Shown here piece after piece: positions 30,025 through 39,631 of a stretch of DNA of 64,000 bases. The position numbers and the translations under genes are program-made. This DNA comes from Candidatus Omnitrophota bacterium (lineage in GTDB: Bacteria; Omnitrophota; Gorgyraeia; Zapsychrales; JANLHA01). Under the pieces are notes generated by a model. It saw only the letters and a program-made list of their open reading frames with translations. It was not told the origin of the DNA and did no database searches. The stretch spans positions 12,484 to 76,483 of the forward strand of contig JBBRHV010000002.1 of assembly GCA_038222225.1 (NCBI GenBank). Direction: 5' to 3'. Position 1 is the stretch's first letter, and the number at the start of each line of letters is the position of its first letter.

Positions 30025-31347
30025 TTATTCTGTTAAAAATTTCTCGTCTAAAAATGCAAACATCATCTCTGCCTCACAAACCACTTCTCCGTTCACGCGC
30101 GAGACTCCCTTTGTTGAAGCGGCCTTTCCGCGGTCACGGATCACTTCAACTTCCATCACGAGCTGGTCTCCCGGCTCAACCGTCTTACGAAATTTTGCAT
30201 TGGAAATCGAAAAGAACAGGCCGACATGACTGTGATGCGCTTCTGATTTGCGCAGCAAAATCCCGCTGACCTGCGCTAAGGCTTCAACCATGAGAACGCC
30301 AGGCATGACCGGTCTCGTCGGAAAATGTCCTGTAAAAAAATTATCGTTCACCGTGACATTCTTGATCCCGACCGCCCGCTCCCCAACCTTCAATTCCAAA
30401 ATGCGATCCACCAAAAGAAACGGATACCGGTGCGGCAAGCACTTCATAACCTCATGAATATCCATAGCTCCATTTTCTGCTGACATTCTTTCCCCCTCAT
30501 TTGAATTCATGCACTCCTGAACGATCTTTTCCATTAAGGCGACGTTAAGAGCGTGCCCGCTGCGGTAAGCCTTTACATGCCCCTTGATCGGCCGCCCCAA
30601 CAAATATAGATCTCCGATGACATCCAGCGCCTTATGGCGCGCGAACTCATTGTCGAAACGAAGCGTATTTTCGATCACTCCATGTTCACCGACGACAAGT
30701 GTATTCTTAAAATTCGCGCCCTTCCCCAAACCAGCCGCCTGCAACGACTTTGCCTCTGTCGCCAGACAAAAAGTTCTTGCCGGCGCCACTTCCCGCGCGA
30801 ACGTCTCGGGTACAAGCACAGTATCAAACACCTGCTTCTGTAAAACCGGATGATCGTATTCTAATGTATAAGTGATTCTAAAGTCATCGGCCGGCTCAAT
30901 GCTGATGAAAGCGTTTTTTCCTTCGACACGAACCAAACTTTGAATTTGAATATAGGAACGCTCCGCCTTCTGTTCAAGAATCCCGACCGCCTGTATCGCC
31001 TTCACAAAATCAACCGCGCTGCCGTCCATTCCTGGCATTTCAGAGCCATCCAGTTCAATGGTCAAATTGTCCAGCCCAAGACCGCAACACACGCTCATCA
31101 GATGCTCGACCGTATGGATTGCCTCCGGCCCATGGCCCACTGTTGTGCAGCGGACAACACTATTATCAACATAAATATTCTTCGGGACAAGAGAAATAAC
31201 AGGCTCCCCCTCCAGATCAATCCGTTTAAAAGAGATCCCCGCCCCTTCCGCCGCAGGCTTCAAAGCAACCGTGACAGTACGCCCTGTATGAAGTCCGATT
31301 CCCGTCAAGGAAACCGGTCCTTTAATCGTTCGCTGTTTACTGCCCAT
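30025..31347 (-). CDS. lpxC: Bifunctional LpxC-FabZ
   Basis: LpxC motifs GIGLHTG, TVEHLMS, ARTF, HKALDVIGDL, fused to FabZ motifs LPHRYPFLLVD, FTGHFP, MPGVLMVEALAQ. Confidence 0.96.
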   Translation of the reverse strand: MGSKQRTIKGPVSLTGIGLHTGRTVTVALKPAAEGAGISFKRIDLEGEPVISLVPKNIYVDNSVVRCTTVGHGPEAIHTVEHLMSVCCGLGLDNLTIELDGSEMPGMDGSAVDFVKAIQAVGILEQKAERSYIQIQSLVRVEGKNAFISIEPADDFRITYTLEYDHPVLQKQVFDTVLVPETFAREVAPARTFCLATEAKSLQAAGLGKGANFKNTLVVGEHGVIENTLRFDNEFARHKALDVIGDLYLLGRPIKGHVKAYRSGHALNVALMEKIVQECMNSNEGERMSAENGAMDIHEVMKCLPHRYPFLLVDRILELKVGERAVGIKNVTVNDNFFTGHFPTRPVMPGVLMVEALAQVSGILLRKSEAHHSHVGLFFSISNAKFRKTVEPGDQLVMEVEVIRDRGKAASTKGVSRVNGEVVCEAEMMFAFLDEKFLTE

Positions 31348-31349
31348 CG

Positions 31350-32414
31350 TTATCCTTGTGAAGACATTTTCTTTTCAATCTCTGCGATGCGCTCTTTCAA
31401 ATCACGGATCGTACGGACATGCTCCGGCAAAAACTTTAAGCACGCGCTGATCCTCTTGGCTTGAACATGCGGCAAGGCCGGAGATCCGAATAAGATCGAT
31501 TGTGGAGGAACAGAACTCGTAACACCCGATTGAGCAGCGATCCTTGTTCCTGCTCCAATCGTCAAATGGCCGGCAATCCCAACCTGCCCGCCGACAACAA
31601 CATAATCCTCAATGACTGTGCTGCCGGAAATCCCCACGTGAGCGACAATAATACACCCGCGCCCAATGCGGACATTGTGAGCGATCTGCACAAAATTGTC
31701 AATCTTTGTTCCTTCTCCGATCACGGTTTTATCAAAACGCGCCCGATCAATCGCGACATTAGCGCCGATCTCAACATCATTATGAATTTCAACCATTCCG
31801 ATTTGCGGAATCTTGTGATGAATTCCGCCTTCCGTCACAAACCCAAATCCGTCGGACCCAACGACTGTCCCGCTGTGAATAATAACCCGATCCCCGACAA
31901 CCGCTTTTTCCCTGATTGTAACATTCGGATAAATCAGGCAGTCTTTGCCGATCCGTGTCTGATAGCCGACAAATGTGCCTGCCCCGATGGTTGTTCCGGA
32001 GGCAACCTCAACACCGTCCTCAATGACCGCACACGGACCGATATTCACATTCTCTGAAATATGCGCACCCACCGCCACAACAGCTGCCGGATGCACACCT
32101 TTCACTGGGTCTGGATGCTCATCAGCAAACAACAAAATAGCCTTTGAAAACGCCAACGAAGGGTTATCAACTTTTATAAGATTCTTTGAAGGAAGATCTT
32201 CCGTCTTTTGAGAGACGATCACTCCGGAAGCCCGGGTCTGATCAAGCTGCCCGGCATATTTCATATTCGCCAAAAACGTCAAATCCCCCGCCTGAGCCTC
32301 CCGCAAGCTTGAAAATCCCCGAATATTCACAAAAGGATCCCCAAAGACTTTACCCCCTACAAAATCCGCAATCTCTGCCAATGTCTTAGTCGTAGACACC
32401 ACATTTGCCCTCAT
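31350..32414 (-). CDS. lpxD: UDP-3-O-acylglucosamine N-acyltransferase
   Basis: GSDGFGF, KIPQIG, IDRA, KIDNFVQIAHNV. The true start may be the GTG at 32402. Confidence 0.96.
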   Translation of the reverse strand: MRANVVSTTKTLAEIADFVGGKVFGDPFVNIRGFSSLREAQAGDLTFLANMKYAGQLDQTRASGVIVSQKTEDLPSKNLIKVDNPSLAFSKAILLFADEHPDPVKGVHPAAVVAVGAHISENVNIGPCAVIEDGVEVASGTTIGAGTFVGYQTRIGKDCLIYPNVTIREKAVVGDRVIIHSGTVVGSDGFGFVTEGGIHHKIPQIGMVEIHNDVEIGANVAIDRARFDKTVIGEGTKIDNFVQIAHNVRIGRGCIIVAHVGISGSTVIEDYVVVGGQVGIAGHLTIGAGTRIAAQSGVTSSVPPQSILFGSPALPHVQAKRISACLKFLPEHVRTIRDLKERIAEIEKKMSSQG

Positions 32415-32420
32415 AATAGT

Positions 32421-32475
32421 TTTACGGCCATCGCCCCTGAATACTGAAGAACCTTGAGGAAGCCATGGCCGTAAA
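32421..32475. other. Intergenic stem-loop between skp and lpxD
   Basis: Perfect 11-bp inverted repeat TTTACGGCCAT / ATGGCCGTAAA. Confidence 0.6.
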
Positions 32476-32488
32476 GATAGAACTAAAT

Positions 32489-32995
32489 TTATTTCTTATA
32501 ATTTGCGTTCAATAATTCAAGAATCGCATCTGTCACATTCATTGTTTCTTGACCGTAGATCAAAACCCGGTCATTCAAAATAAAATCATAACCTTCCTTC
32601 TTGGCGTAACCGCTGACCAGATCTTCAACTTCCAAAAGAATTTCACGGATCTTATCATCACGTTTCTTTGTGAGATCTGTTCCCCGGACCTGATCAAACT
32701 CACGAAGCTCAGTAATCAGCTTGTCGATTTCGTCCTGTTGCTTTTGCTTTTCATCTTCCTTTAATAATGCCAGCTTACCCTGCAATTCCTGAATTTTTTC
32801 GATCTTGACATTACGCTCTTTTTGATAAGCGTCGTGCTCAGCTTCCAGCGTTTTGTCATAATCTTTTGTCTTCTCATAATTATCGAATGTCTTGCTTAAA
32901 TCAAGATATCCGATTTTCTGGGCTTGGGCCACGCCGGTCATGGAAAAAGAAACCATCAAAGCCGCTGCCACCATGAGTATAAATATTTTTTTCAT
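32489..32995 (-). CDS. skp: OmpH/Skp periplasmic chaperone
   Basis: Signal peptide, KIGYLDL, coiled-coil body, YAKKEGYDFIL, NVTDAIL; bamA-skp-lpxD synteny. Confidence 0.92.
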   Translation of the reverse strand: MKKIFILMVAAALMVSFSMTGVAQAQKIGYLDLSKTFDNYEKTKDYDKTLEAEHDAYQKERNVKIEKIQELQGKLALLKEDEKQKQQDEIDKLITELREFDQVRGTDLTKKRDDKIREILLEVEDLVSGYAKKEGYDFILNDRVLIYGQETMNVTDAILELLNANYKK

Positions 32996-33019
32996 ATCCA
33001 ACCTCCTTGAGTTATAAAA

Positions 33020-35341
33020 TTAAAAGCCTCTGCTTACGCTGAAATAAAACTTTCCGGATCTGGCGCCTTCACCCGGTTGATCATTCAATGGATAGCCATA
33101 ATCCAGATTGACTGGGCCAATCGGAGTTTTAAGACGCAGACCTGTACCTGTTCCGGCCTTATATCCACCGGTTCCGAAATCTGTAATCTGCGGCCAGACA
33201 TTTCCAAAATCATAAAAAAGTGCGAATTTCAAAAAATCAACAAGCGGAATCGTCCATTCAACGTTGCCCACCAGTAGAGCCTCACCGCCGATCGGATCGT
33301 TGGTAATGGAATCCAACGGACCGACTTTCCGTTCATCATATCCGCGAATTGTTCGGGCGCCACCAGCAAAAAACCGCTCAAAGATCGGAACCACACTGGA
33401 ACTGCCGTACGCATTGATAATCCCTGCCCGCAAACGAAATTCCAGCACGGAATCATATTTCAAAGGAATATTATAACTCCCTCTTCCCGAAAAACGGTAA
33501 AAATCCTTATCGAATCCGAACGGCCCGCCCGCAACATCCACTGTCCCGCTAACCAAATATCCTTTTGTCGGATTAAATGTGCTGTCGCGGATATCACGGG
33601 TCAAAGTAACGCCCATGCTGCTGACCGTGCTTTGGCCTGCTTCATCCCGCAAGGCGCTGGAAGCTGTGGCATCCACATTCGAAATATCTGTGCTCTCTAA
33701 ACGATAGTTTGTGTTTCCGTAAATATATTCCGCCAACTGCTTGCCCATTCTCAAATTAACACCTTTTCGGCTTTCGTCATAAGAATATCCCGTGTCCGAC
33801 GTTTTGTCGCGCTCTGACAAATACAGATCAAACCCCCCTGAAATCGGATAATCCATGATCCATGGCTCTGTAAAACTTAATTGAAAATTATTGCGCGATG
33901 AACCAGCTTCTGCGCGGAACGACAAATCCTGGCCGCCGCCGGTAAAGGTTGGCCAATTTGTAAAATCGAAATTCTTCTGCTGGACCTCAAAGAACCCCAC
34001 CAAGCTGTCAACCGTGCTATAACCACCGCCAAAATTAAATGAACCGGTTTTGGCCTCTTCAACTTGTACAACTAAATCTTTACGCTCAGGAGTGCTGGTG
34101 TCTTCAACATCATAGGTGACATCAGAAAAATATCCTAAATTCGTCAGCCGCTCCTTACTGCGGCGCAGTTTTGAGCCATCAAAACGGTCGCCAGGATAAA
34201 GCCGCAATTCTCGACGGACCACAATATCACGGGTCCGGGTATTCCCCTGAATTTTAATCTTATTGATAAAAGCCAACTCGCCTTCGAAAACCTCCACCTG
34301 AACCGCCACGCGTCCCGTATCAGGATTAAGCGCAGTGGATTCCTTCAGTTGTGCAAAAATATAACCGCGGTCAAAATACAGGGTCCGAATTTCCGCCAGA
34401 TCCAAGCTCAGCTTATCCCGGCTGAAAACATTTCCCTCTTTAATATACTTTATCGCGCTTAGAATATCTTCGGTTGAAATAATATCATTGCCTTGAATCG
34501 TTACACTGTCCACATAATACTGTTTACCCTCTTCAATAAAGATTTTCGCAATGATTCTGCCTTTTTTGTAATCCTCAAACTCATGCCGGACCTTTGCATC
34601 AATAAAGCCTTCTTTTTCATAAAACGCCTTAATCCGCACAATGTCCTCTTCTAAAACCTGCTCTTTAAGATATCCCGAGGTGAAAATTCCATCCGGTCGT
34701 GTTTTGATGACACGCATCAAACGCTTGTGTCTGAATTTTTCATTGCCAAAGAACTGGATTTTCCGAACCTTAACACGAACCCCTTCACTAATAATAAAAT
34801 GCAGCTTGACCTTATTATTAAGCTCATCCGCCTCTTCTTCCAGCTGGACGGTTGCTAATGTCAATCCCTTCTTTTCATAGAGGTCCTTGATCACTTTCTG
34901 GTCATCTTTTAACGCCTTACGGTCCAGAAATTTTCCCTTTTTTGTCTGCATCTTTTTCAAAAGATAGGCCGGCTTATAATACCGCAAACGGGAAAAAGTG
35001 ACCTCTTCAACAACCGGTTTTTCTTCGACATTAAAAACAACTTTAAATCCGGCCCCCTGCTCTTGGCGATCGACACGGACATCAGAAAAATAGCCCGTAT
35101 TATAAAGTCGTTTGAGATCATCAGAAACAACATTCTGAATATACTCATCATTCACACGGGTTTTGATTTTAGAAAGAATCGTGGCTAAAGAAATCGTCTT
35201 GTTTCCCGTAACTTCAATAGCAGTAACAACTTTCTTTTCTGAAGAAACCAGTGAGGTTTTCTCCGCCTGCTGGGCATACACAACAGAAGACGAACACAAT
35301 AACGCAAATCCCAGTCCAATAGCGAGTAAGATTTTTTTCAT
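33020..35341 (-). CDS. bamA: Outer membrane protein assembly factor BamA
   Basis: POTRA repeats (GNxxI, GYF), IRGY motif, TPIGPVNLDYG, C-terminal Phe. Start moved to MKKILL. Confidence 0.96.
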   Translation of the reverse strand: MKKILLAIGLGFALLCSSSVVYAQQAEKTSLVSSEKKVVTAIEVTGNKTISLATILSKIKTRVNDEYIQNVVSDDLKRLYNTGYFSDVRVDRQEQGAGFKVVFNVEEKPVVEEVTFSRLRYYKPAYLLKKMQTKKGKFLDRKALKDDQKVIKDLYEKKGLTLATVQLEEEADELNNKVKLHFIISEGVRVKVRKIQFFGNEKFRHKRLMRVIKTRPDGIFTSGYLKEQVLEEDIVRIKAFYEKEGFIDAKVRHEFEDYKKGRIIAKIFIEEGKQYYVDSVTIQGNDIISTEDILSAIKYIKEGNVFSRDKLSLDLAEIRTLYFDRGYIFAQLKESTALNPDTGRVAVQVEVFEGELAFINKIKIQGNTRTRDIVVRRELRLYPGDRFDGSKLRRSKERLTNLGYFSDVTYDVEDTSTPERKDLVVQVEEAKTGSFNFGGGYSTVDSLVGFFEVQQKNFDFTNWPTFTGGGQDLSFRAEAGSSRNNFQLSFTEPWIMDYPISGGFDLYLSERDKTSDTGYSYDESRKGVNLRMGKQLAEYIYGNTNYRLESTDISNVDATASSALRDEAGQSTVSSMGVTLTRDIRDSTFNPTKGYLVSGTVDVAGGPFGFDKDFYRFSGRGSYNIPLKYDSVLEFRLRAGIINAYGSSSVVPIFERFFAGGARTIRGYDERKVGPLDSITNDPIGGEALLVGNVEWTIPLVDFLKFALFYDFGNVWPQITDFGTGGYKAGTGTGLRLKTPIGPVNLDYGYPLNDQPGEGARSGKFYFSVSRGF

Positions 35342-35350
35342 AATGAAACG

Positions 35351-35379
35351 ATTATACGGTCTCCCCAAAGGGATGTCAA
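35351..35379 (-). promoter_or_regulatory. Consensus sigma70 promoter for the bamA-skp-lpx operon
   Basis: Perfect TTGACA-17nt-TATAAT overlapping the dnaB stop, 9 nt before the bamA ATG. Confidence 0.85.
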
Positions 35380-36707
35380 TCAACATGTGCAAGATTTTCA
35401 AAACGAACAAACTCCTTTAAGAACGCCATCTTAAATGAACCCACCGGACCGTTACGCTGCTTGGCGATGATAACGTCTGCCTTACCCCGATTGTCTTCTG
35501 TAGGATTATAATATTCCTCCCGCATCAATAAAATGACCACATCCGCGTCCTGCTCAATAGCCCCAGATTCTCTCAGATCTGAAAGTTGAGGGCGATGGTC
35601 CTGCCGGCTTTCGACTGCCCGTGACAGCTGACTCAACGCAACAATCGGGACCTTCAGCTCGCGGGCTAACGCCTTAATGGAACGGGATATTTCGGAGATC
35701 TCCTGCTGACGGCTGTCGGAGCGGGTATGCCCGCGCATCAGCTGCAAGTAATCCAGAACGATCAGCTGAATGTCATACTGCGATTTTAACCGACGCGCCT
35801 TAGCCCGCAGCTCCAGGGCTGAGATCGCCGGAGTATCATCAATAAAAATTTTGGCGTTGGACAATCGTCCTGCCGCCTTCGTCAACAAAGGCCAATCCGA
35901 CGGAGAAAGAAATCCCGTGCGCACTTTATGCGCATCCACACGGGCCTGAGAACAGAGCATGCGCTGAACCAGCTGTTCTTTCGACATCTCAAGACTGAAA
36001 ATAGCAACCGGCCGTTGAGCCTCAATTCCAACATATTCCACAATGGAACCTGCCAAGGCGCTTTTCCCCATAGACGGGCGCCCGGCCAAAATAATCAGAT
36101 CAGAAGACTGCAGGCCTGAGGTCATACGGTCAAAATCCATAAACCCCGTCGCAATACCGGTCACTTTTTCTTTTTTCTGAAAAAGCTTATCAATCTTTTC
36201 AATGCTTTGTTTGACCAAATCCTTGATATTGACAGCGCTTTGCCGATGTTTGATCTCGGAAATCTCAAAAATCAACTCCTCCGCCCGATCCACAATATCA
36301 TCAATATCTGAGCCGCCGGCATAACAGGTGTTCACGATCTCAGTAGAATTTTTAATCAAATTCCTTAAAATTCCTTTAGCCTTGACAATATCTGCATAAT
36401 GCTCCACATTGGCAGATGTCGGAACAATCTCCGCCAACTGCGATAAATATGGCAGCCCGCCCACCCGGTCAAGATTCGCATCTCCCCGAAGACGATCGGA
36501 CAAGGTGATCAAATCAACGTTTTTTCTCTGATTATATAATTCAAGAATGGTCTGATAAATAATGCGGTGGGCGTCTTCGTAGAACCACGCAACGTCTAAT
36601 GTTTCGAGAGCGATGCCGATGGCTTCCTCATCAATCAACATCGCTCCCAAAACAGATTGTTCCGCTTCAATATTTTGCGGAGGAATTTTTATTTCTTGGC
36701 TACCCAT
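35376..36707 (-). CDS. dnaB: Replicative DNA helicase
   Basis: PPQNIEAEQSVLG, GRPSMGKS, DYLQL, LSQLSR, DLRESGAIEQDAD, KQRNGP; no intein. Confidence 0.98.
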   Translation of the reverse strand: MGSQEIKIPPQNIEAEQSVLGAMLIDEEAIGIALETLDVAWFYEDAHRIIYQTILELYNQRKNVDLITLSDRLRGDANLDRVGGLPYLSQLAEIVPTSANVEHYADIVKAKGILRNLIKNSTEIVNTCYAGGSDIDDIVDRAEELIFEISEIKHRQSAVNIKDLVKQSIEKIDKLFQKKEKVTGIATGFMDFDRMTSGLQSSDLIILAGRPSMGKSALAGSIVEYVGIEAQRPVAIFSLEMSKEQLVQRMLCSQARVDAHKVRTGFLSPSDWPLLTKAAGRLSNAKIFIDDTPAISALELRAKARRLKSQYDIQLIVLDYLQLMRGHTRSDSRQQEISEISRSIKALARELKVPIVALSQLSRAVESRQDHRPQLSDLRESGAIEQDADVVILLMREEYYNPTEDNRGKADVIIAKQRNGPVGSFKMAFLKEFVRFENLAHVD

Positions 36708-37132
36708 ACTCGGACTTTAGCCTTTACATCCGGATGTAGTTGAACACCGACATCATAAATGCCCAGCTCATCGATCGGTTTTTCCAGTTCAATAGCTTTT
36801 TTGTCAAGTTCAAAACCTTCATCGCTGAAGGCCTTGACAATATCCGCCTCTGTGACCGAACCGTACATCTTTTCAAGGTCATTGACTTCCACGGTTATGG
36901 TAATCGAAGTCTTCTCCAGCTTTTCGAGCAAAAGCTGAGCCTCACTCCTTTTTTGCGCATCCTCCCCCGCCTGCTTCGCCTTTTGCAGCTCAATCCTTTT
37001 CAGATTGGTTGGCGTAGCAATAAACGCTATGCTCTTGGGCAAAAGATAATTGCGCGCATAACCGTCTTTGACCTTGACGACATCTCCGACTTTGCCGAGC
37101 TTCTTAACAGTTTGACAAAGAATAACTTCCAT
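36689..37132 (-). CDS. rplI: 50S ribosomal protein L9
   Basis: LGKVGDVVKVKDGYARNYLLP. Confidence 0.97.
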   Translation of the reverse strand: MEVILCQTVKKLGKVGDVVKVKDGYARNYLLPKSIAFIATPTNLKRIELQKAKQAGEDAQKRSEAQLLLEKLEKTSITITVEVNDLEKMYGSVTEADIVKAFSDEGFELDKKAIELEKPIDELGIYDVGVQLHPDVKAKVRVWVAKK

Positions 37133-37207
37133 GATGTGTCCTTTATTTATGCATTAGACGATAAACACACTGTATTTCTCGATTTCACGACGAATAGCCC
37201 TGACTGG

Positions 37208-37459
37208 CTATTTGCGCTTCGCAGCGCCGACCGGCAATAACCCCAAATAACGGGCTCGCTTAATCGCGTTAGAAATCTGTCGCTGCTGAGGTGCCGTAAC
37301 ACCGCTTAATCGACGAGAAATAATTTTTCCGCGGTCCGTTAAATATTTCCTGATCAGATCCACATCTTTATATGAAATCTGCAGAGTCTTTTCAATGACA
37401 TATTTAATGGAACGTTTTCTCGGTTTTAAAATTTTTTTTCGAAACGTTTTCTTAACCAA
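37208..37459 (-). CDS. rpsR: 30S ribosomal protein S18
   Basis: [25 protein letters not shown]. Confidence 0.96.
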   Translation of the reverse strand: MVKKTFRKKILKPRKRSIKYVIEKTLQISYKDVDLIRKYLTDRGKIISRRLSGVTAPQQRQISNAIKRARYLGLLPVGAAKRK

Positions 37460-37495
37460 TTCTCTCCTCCTTAACCCATCGATATCAAAATCGTT

Positions 37496-37930
37496 TTATT
37501 CATCCCAAACCACATCCTCGGGCATAATCGCATGATCATCAGCCGGATGATCCAAGGATAATCCATCCCCTCCTGCGCCTTCTTCACCCTGCCCCGGTGA
37601 AAACTTACCTAAAAACTGAACCCGTTCCGCACGCACATCAATCGTGCTGCGCTTTTGCCCATCGGATGTTTCCCATGAGCGGGATTGAAGCACGCCTTCC
37701 ACAAAAATCGGGCTTCCCTTCTTTAAATACTGACAGCAAGCCTCAGCCTGTTTGTCCCACACCGTTACCGTCAAAAAACAAACATCTTCCTTTAATTCGC
37801 CTGTCTTATCCCGGAAACGACGATTGACCGCAAGACCTAAATTCGCGACGGGAACTCCTGCCGGTGTATATCTCAGCTCTGGGTCACGCGTCAGATTTCC
37901 GATTAAAAACGTTTTGTTCAAATTCGCCAT
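37496..37930 (-). CDS. ssb: Single-stranded DNA-binding protein
   Basis: LIGNLTRDPELRYTP OB-fold; acidic tail. Confidence 0.96.
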   Translation of the reverse strand: MANLNKTFLIGNLTRDPELRYTPAGVPVANLGLAVNRRFRDKTGELKEDVCFLTVTVWDKQAEACCQYLKKGSPIFVEGVLQSRSWETSDGQKRSTIDVRAERVQFLGKFSPGQGEEGAGGDGLSLDHPADDHAIMPEDVVWDE

Positions 37931-38000
37931 TGTCTCCTCCTACCACGTAATAATGTTAATTCACACAAAACCCCATGCCCAATCTCCCGACTGGCCTGAT

Positions 38001-38291
38001 TTACTTGCCTGCCGCCACGATCAAGGACCTTAAAACCCGCTCATTCAACTTTAACGCGCGCCTAAATTCCGCGTTCTTCGCTGAGCTTCCTTCATAGTTG
38101 ATCATATAATATGTTCCTTCCGTGCATTTCTTCATGCGAAAAGACATTTTATTTTTGTCGATCCATACCTGACGGTTGATCACCTTACCATCACATTTGA
38201 CAATAGCCTCGCCGATCTCTTTCAACACGGCTTCTTTTTGCTCCTGCGGAAGTGTCGCATCCACAATAACCACTAATTCGTACTTATTCAT
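38001..38291 (-). CDS. rpsF: 30S ribosomal protein S6
   Basis: MNKYELVVI...NERVLRSLI; rpsF-ssb-rpsR-rplI synteny. Confidence 0.92.
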   Translation of the reverse strand: MNKYELVVIVDATLPQEQKEAVLKEIGEAIVKCDGKVINRQVWIDKNKMSFRMKKCTEGTYYMINYEGSSAKNAEFRRALKLNERVLRSLIVAAGK

Positions 38292-38874
38292 TATCCTTCC
38301 TTTTGTTGAATTGACTCATAACCTTTTCTATATCATCTTCCTTCATCCATACCTGACAACAATCAACCGCTTCCGAAATAAAACCATCCAGCTGTTGACG
38401 CTCTTCCTTTGTGAAGGCCGACAAAACATAATCTGCCGGATCCTGTCGGGATGGAGGACTACCTACCCCTAAACGCAATCGCGTAAAATTCTGATCGCCG
38501 AAACTCTCAATAATAGATTTCAGGCCGTTATGCCCGCCGTCACTGCCCTTCATTCTTAATCGCAATTGACCGAGATCCAAGCTAAAATCATCACACACAA
38601 TCAAATTCTGCGCCAAATCGACTTTATAATAGGAACTCGCCGCCGCAACAGCCTGACCAGATAAATTCATGTACGTCATGGGCATCAGCACAATGACTTT
38701 ACATTCTCCCACACGGCCTTGAGCTTCAAGCCCTTTACAAAACCGGCTTGCAGAAAATGAGGCCCCCATGTCTTGAACCAGACGCTTCACAACTAAAAAT
38801 CCCAAGTTGTGCCGTGTCCATTCATATTGTGCCCCGGGATTACCCAACCCAGCGATCAGCTTTGTCTGCAACAA
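38284..38874 (-). CDS. pth: Peptidyl-tRNA hydrolase
   Basis: GLGNPG, TRHNLGF, TYMNLSG, GGHNGLKS, RLRLGVG. Confidence 0.97.
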   Translation of the reverse strand: MLQTKLIAGLGNPGAQYEWTRHNLGFLVVKRLVQDMGASFSASRFCKGLEAQGRVGECKVIVLMPMTYMNLSGQAVAAASSYYKVDLAQNLIVCDDFSLDLGQLRLRMKGSDGGHNGLKSIIESFGDQNFTRLRLGVGSPPSRQDPADYVLSAFTKEERQQLDGFISEAVDCCQVWMKEDDIEKVMSQFNKRKDNE

Positions 38875-38899
38875 TCCTTCTGTTCCTTATCATCAAATC

Positions 38900-39586
38900 T
38901 TACTTATCAGCGGTTTTGGCCTTATCGCCAGAATCCTCATCTGTTTTTGCCTTTTCCTTCTTGATCACTTCCGGTTCCGCCCCCGATTCCACCTCAACAA
39001 CTTCTTCCGATTCGCGCATCGGCGGAATCAAAGAAAAAATAATCGCATCCGGATCATGTTCGGTTTCAACTCCAGAGGGCAGCTGAATATCCGAAACACA
39101 AATCACATCACCGATTTCAAGAGCGGTCACATCAACCGCGATCTGTTCAGGAATGTCCTTTGGCAGACAGATGATATCCAATTCCCAAAGAATGTGCTCT
39201 AGCGATCCTTTATCACGCTTAACACCGACCGCTTCCCCTTTAGGAACCAACGGAACACGAATCTCAATCTTATCCTGAAGCGAGATCCGCTTAAAATCAA
39301 TATGCATGGTCTTGCCGGTCACGCAATGCTGTTGTTCTTCCTTAACGATAGCCGAATAATCATGGATGCTTTTTTCTCCGTCTACAACATTCAAATGAAA
39401 CAAAACCTCTCCATGATGCTGACGGCGCACCCGCTCATAGGCCTTGCGGTCAATCTGAACCGGAGTCGCTTCTTCGCCACCCCCATAAATAATCCCAGGA
39501 ATCACTTCCCCCTTGCGACGGAGAGCCTTGACCTTCTGGCCTCCTATGTCACTGCGAATTTGAACATCAATTTTAACTTCTTCCAT
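38900..39586 (-). CDS. rplY: 50S ribosomal protein L25/Ctc
   Basis: LRR..IPGIIYG, HIDF, C-terminal CTC domain; prs-rplY-pth synteny. Confidence 0.94.
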   Translation of the reverse strand: MEEVKIDVQIRSDIGGQKVKALRRKGEVIPGIIYGGGEEATPVQIDRKAYERVRRQHHGEVLFHLNVVDGEKSIHDYSAIVKEEQQHCVTGKTMHIDFKRISLQDKIEIRVPLVPKGEAVGVKRDKGSLEHILWELDIICLPKDIPEQIAVDVTALEIGDVICVSDIQLPSGVETEHDPDAIIFSLIPPMRESEEVVEVESGAEPEVIKKEKAKTDEDSGDKAKTADK

Positions 39587-39631
39587 TGCTCACGTCCTAC
39601 TTTTGTATCAAACGGTTAAACAGGATTTAAT

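Noticed and set aside
37193-37996. GCCAGTCRGG motif after the stops of rpsF and rpsR, with a small hairpin after rpsR
   Set aside because: Only two short copies, compatible with chance, and no recognisable S6:S18 leader structure.
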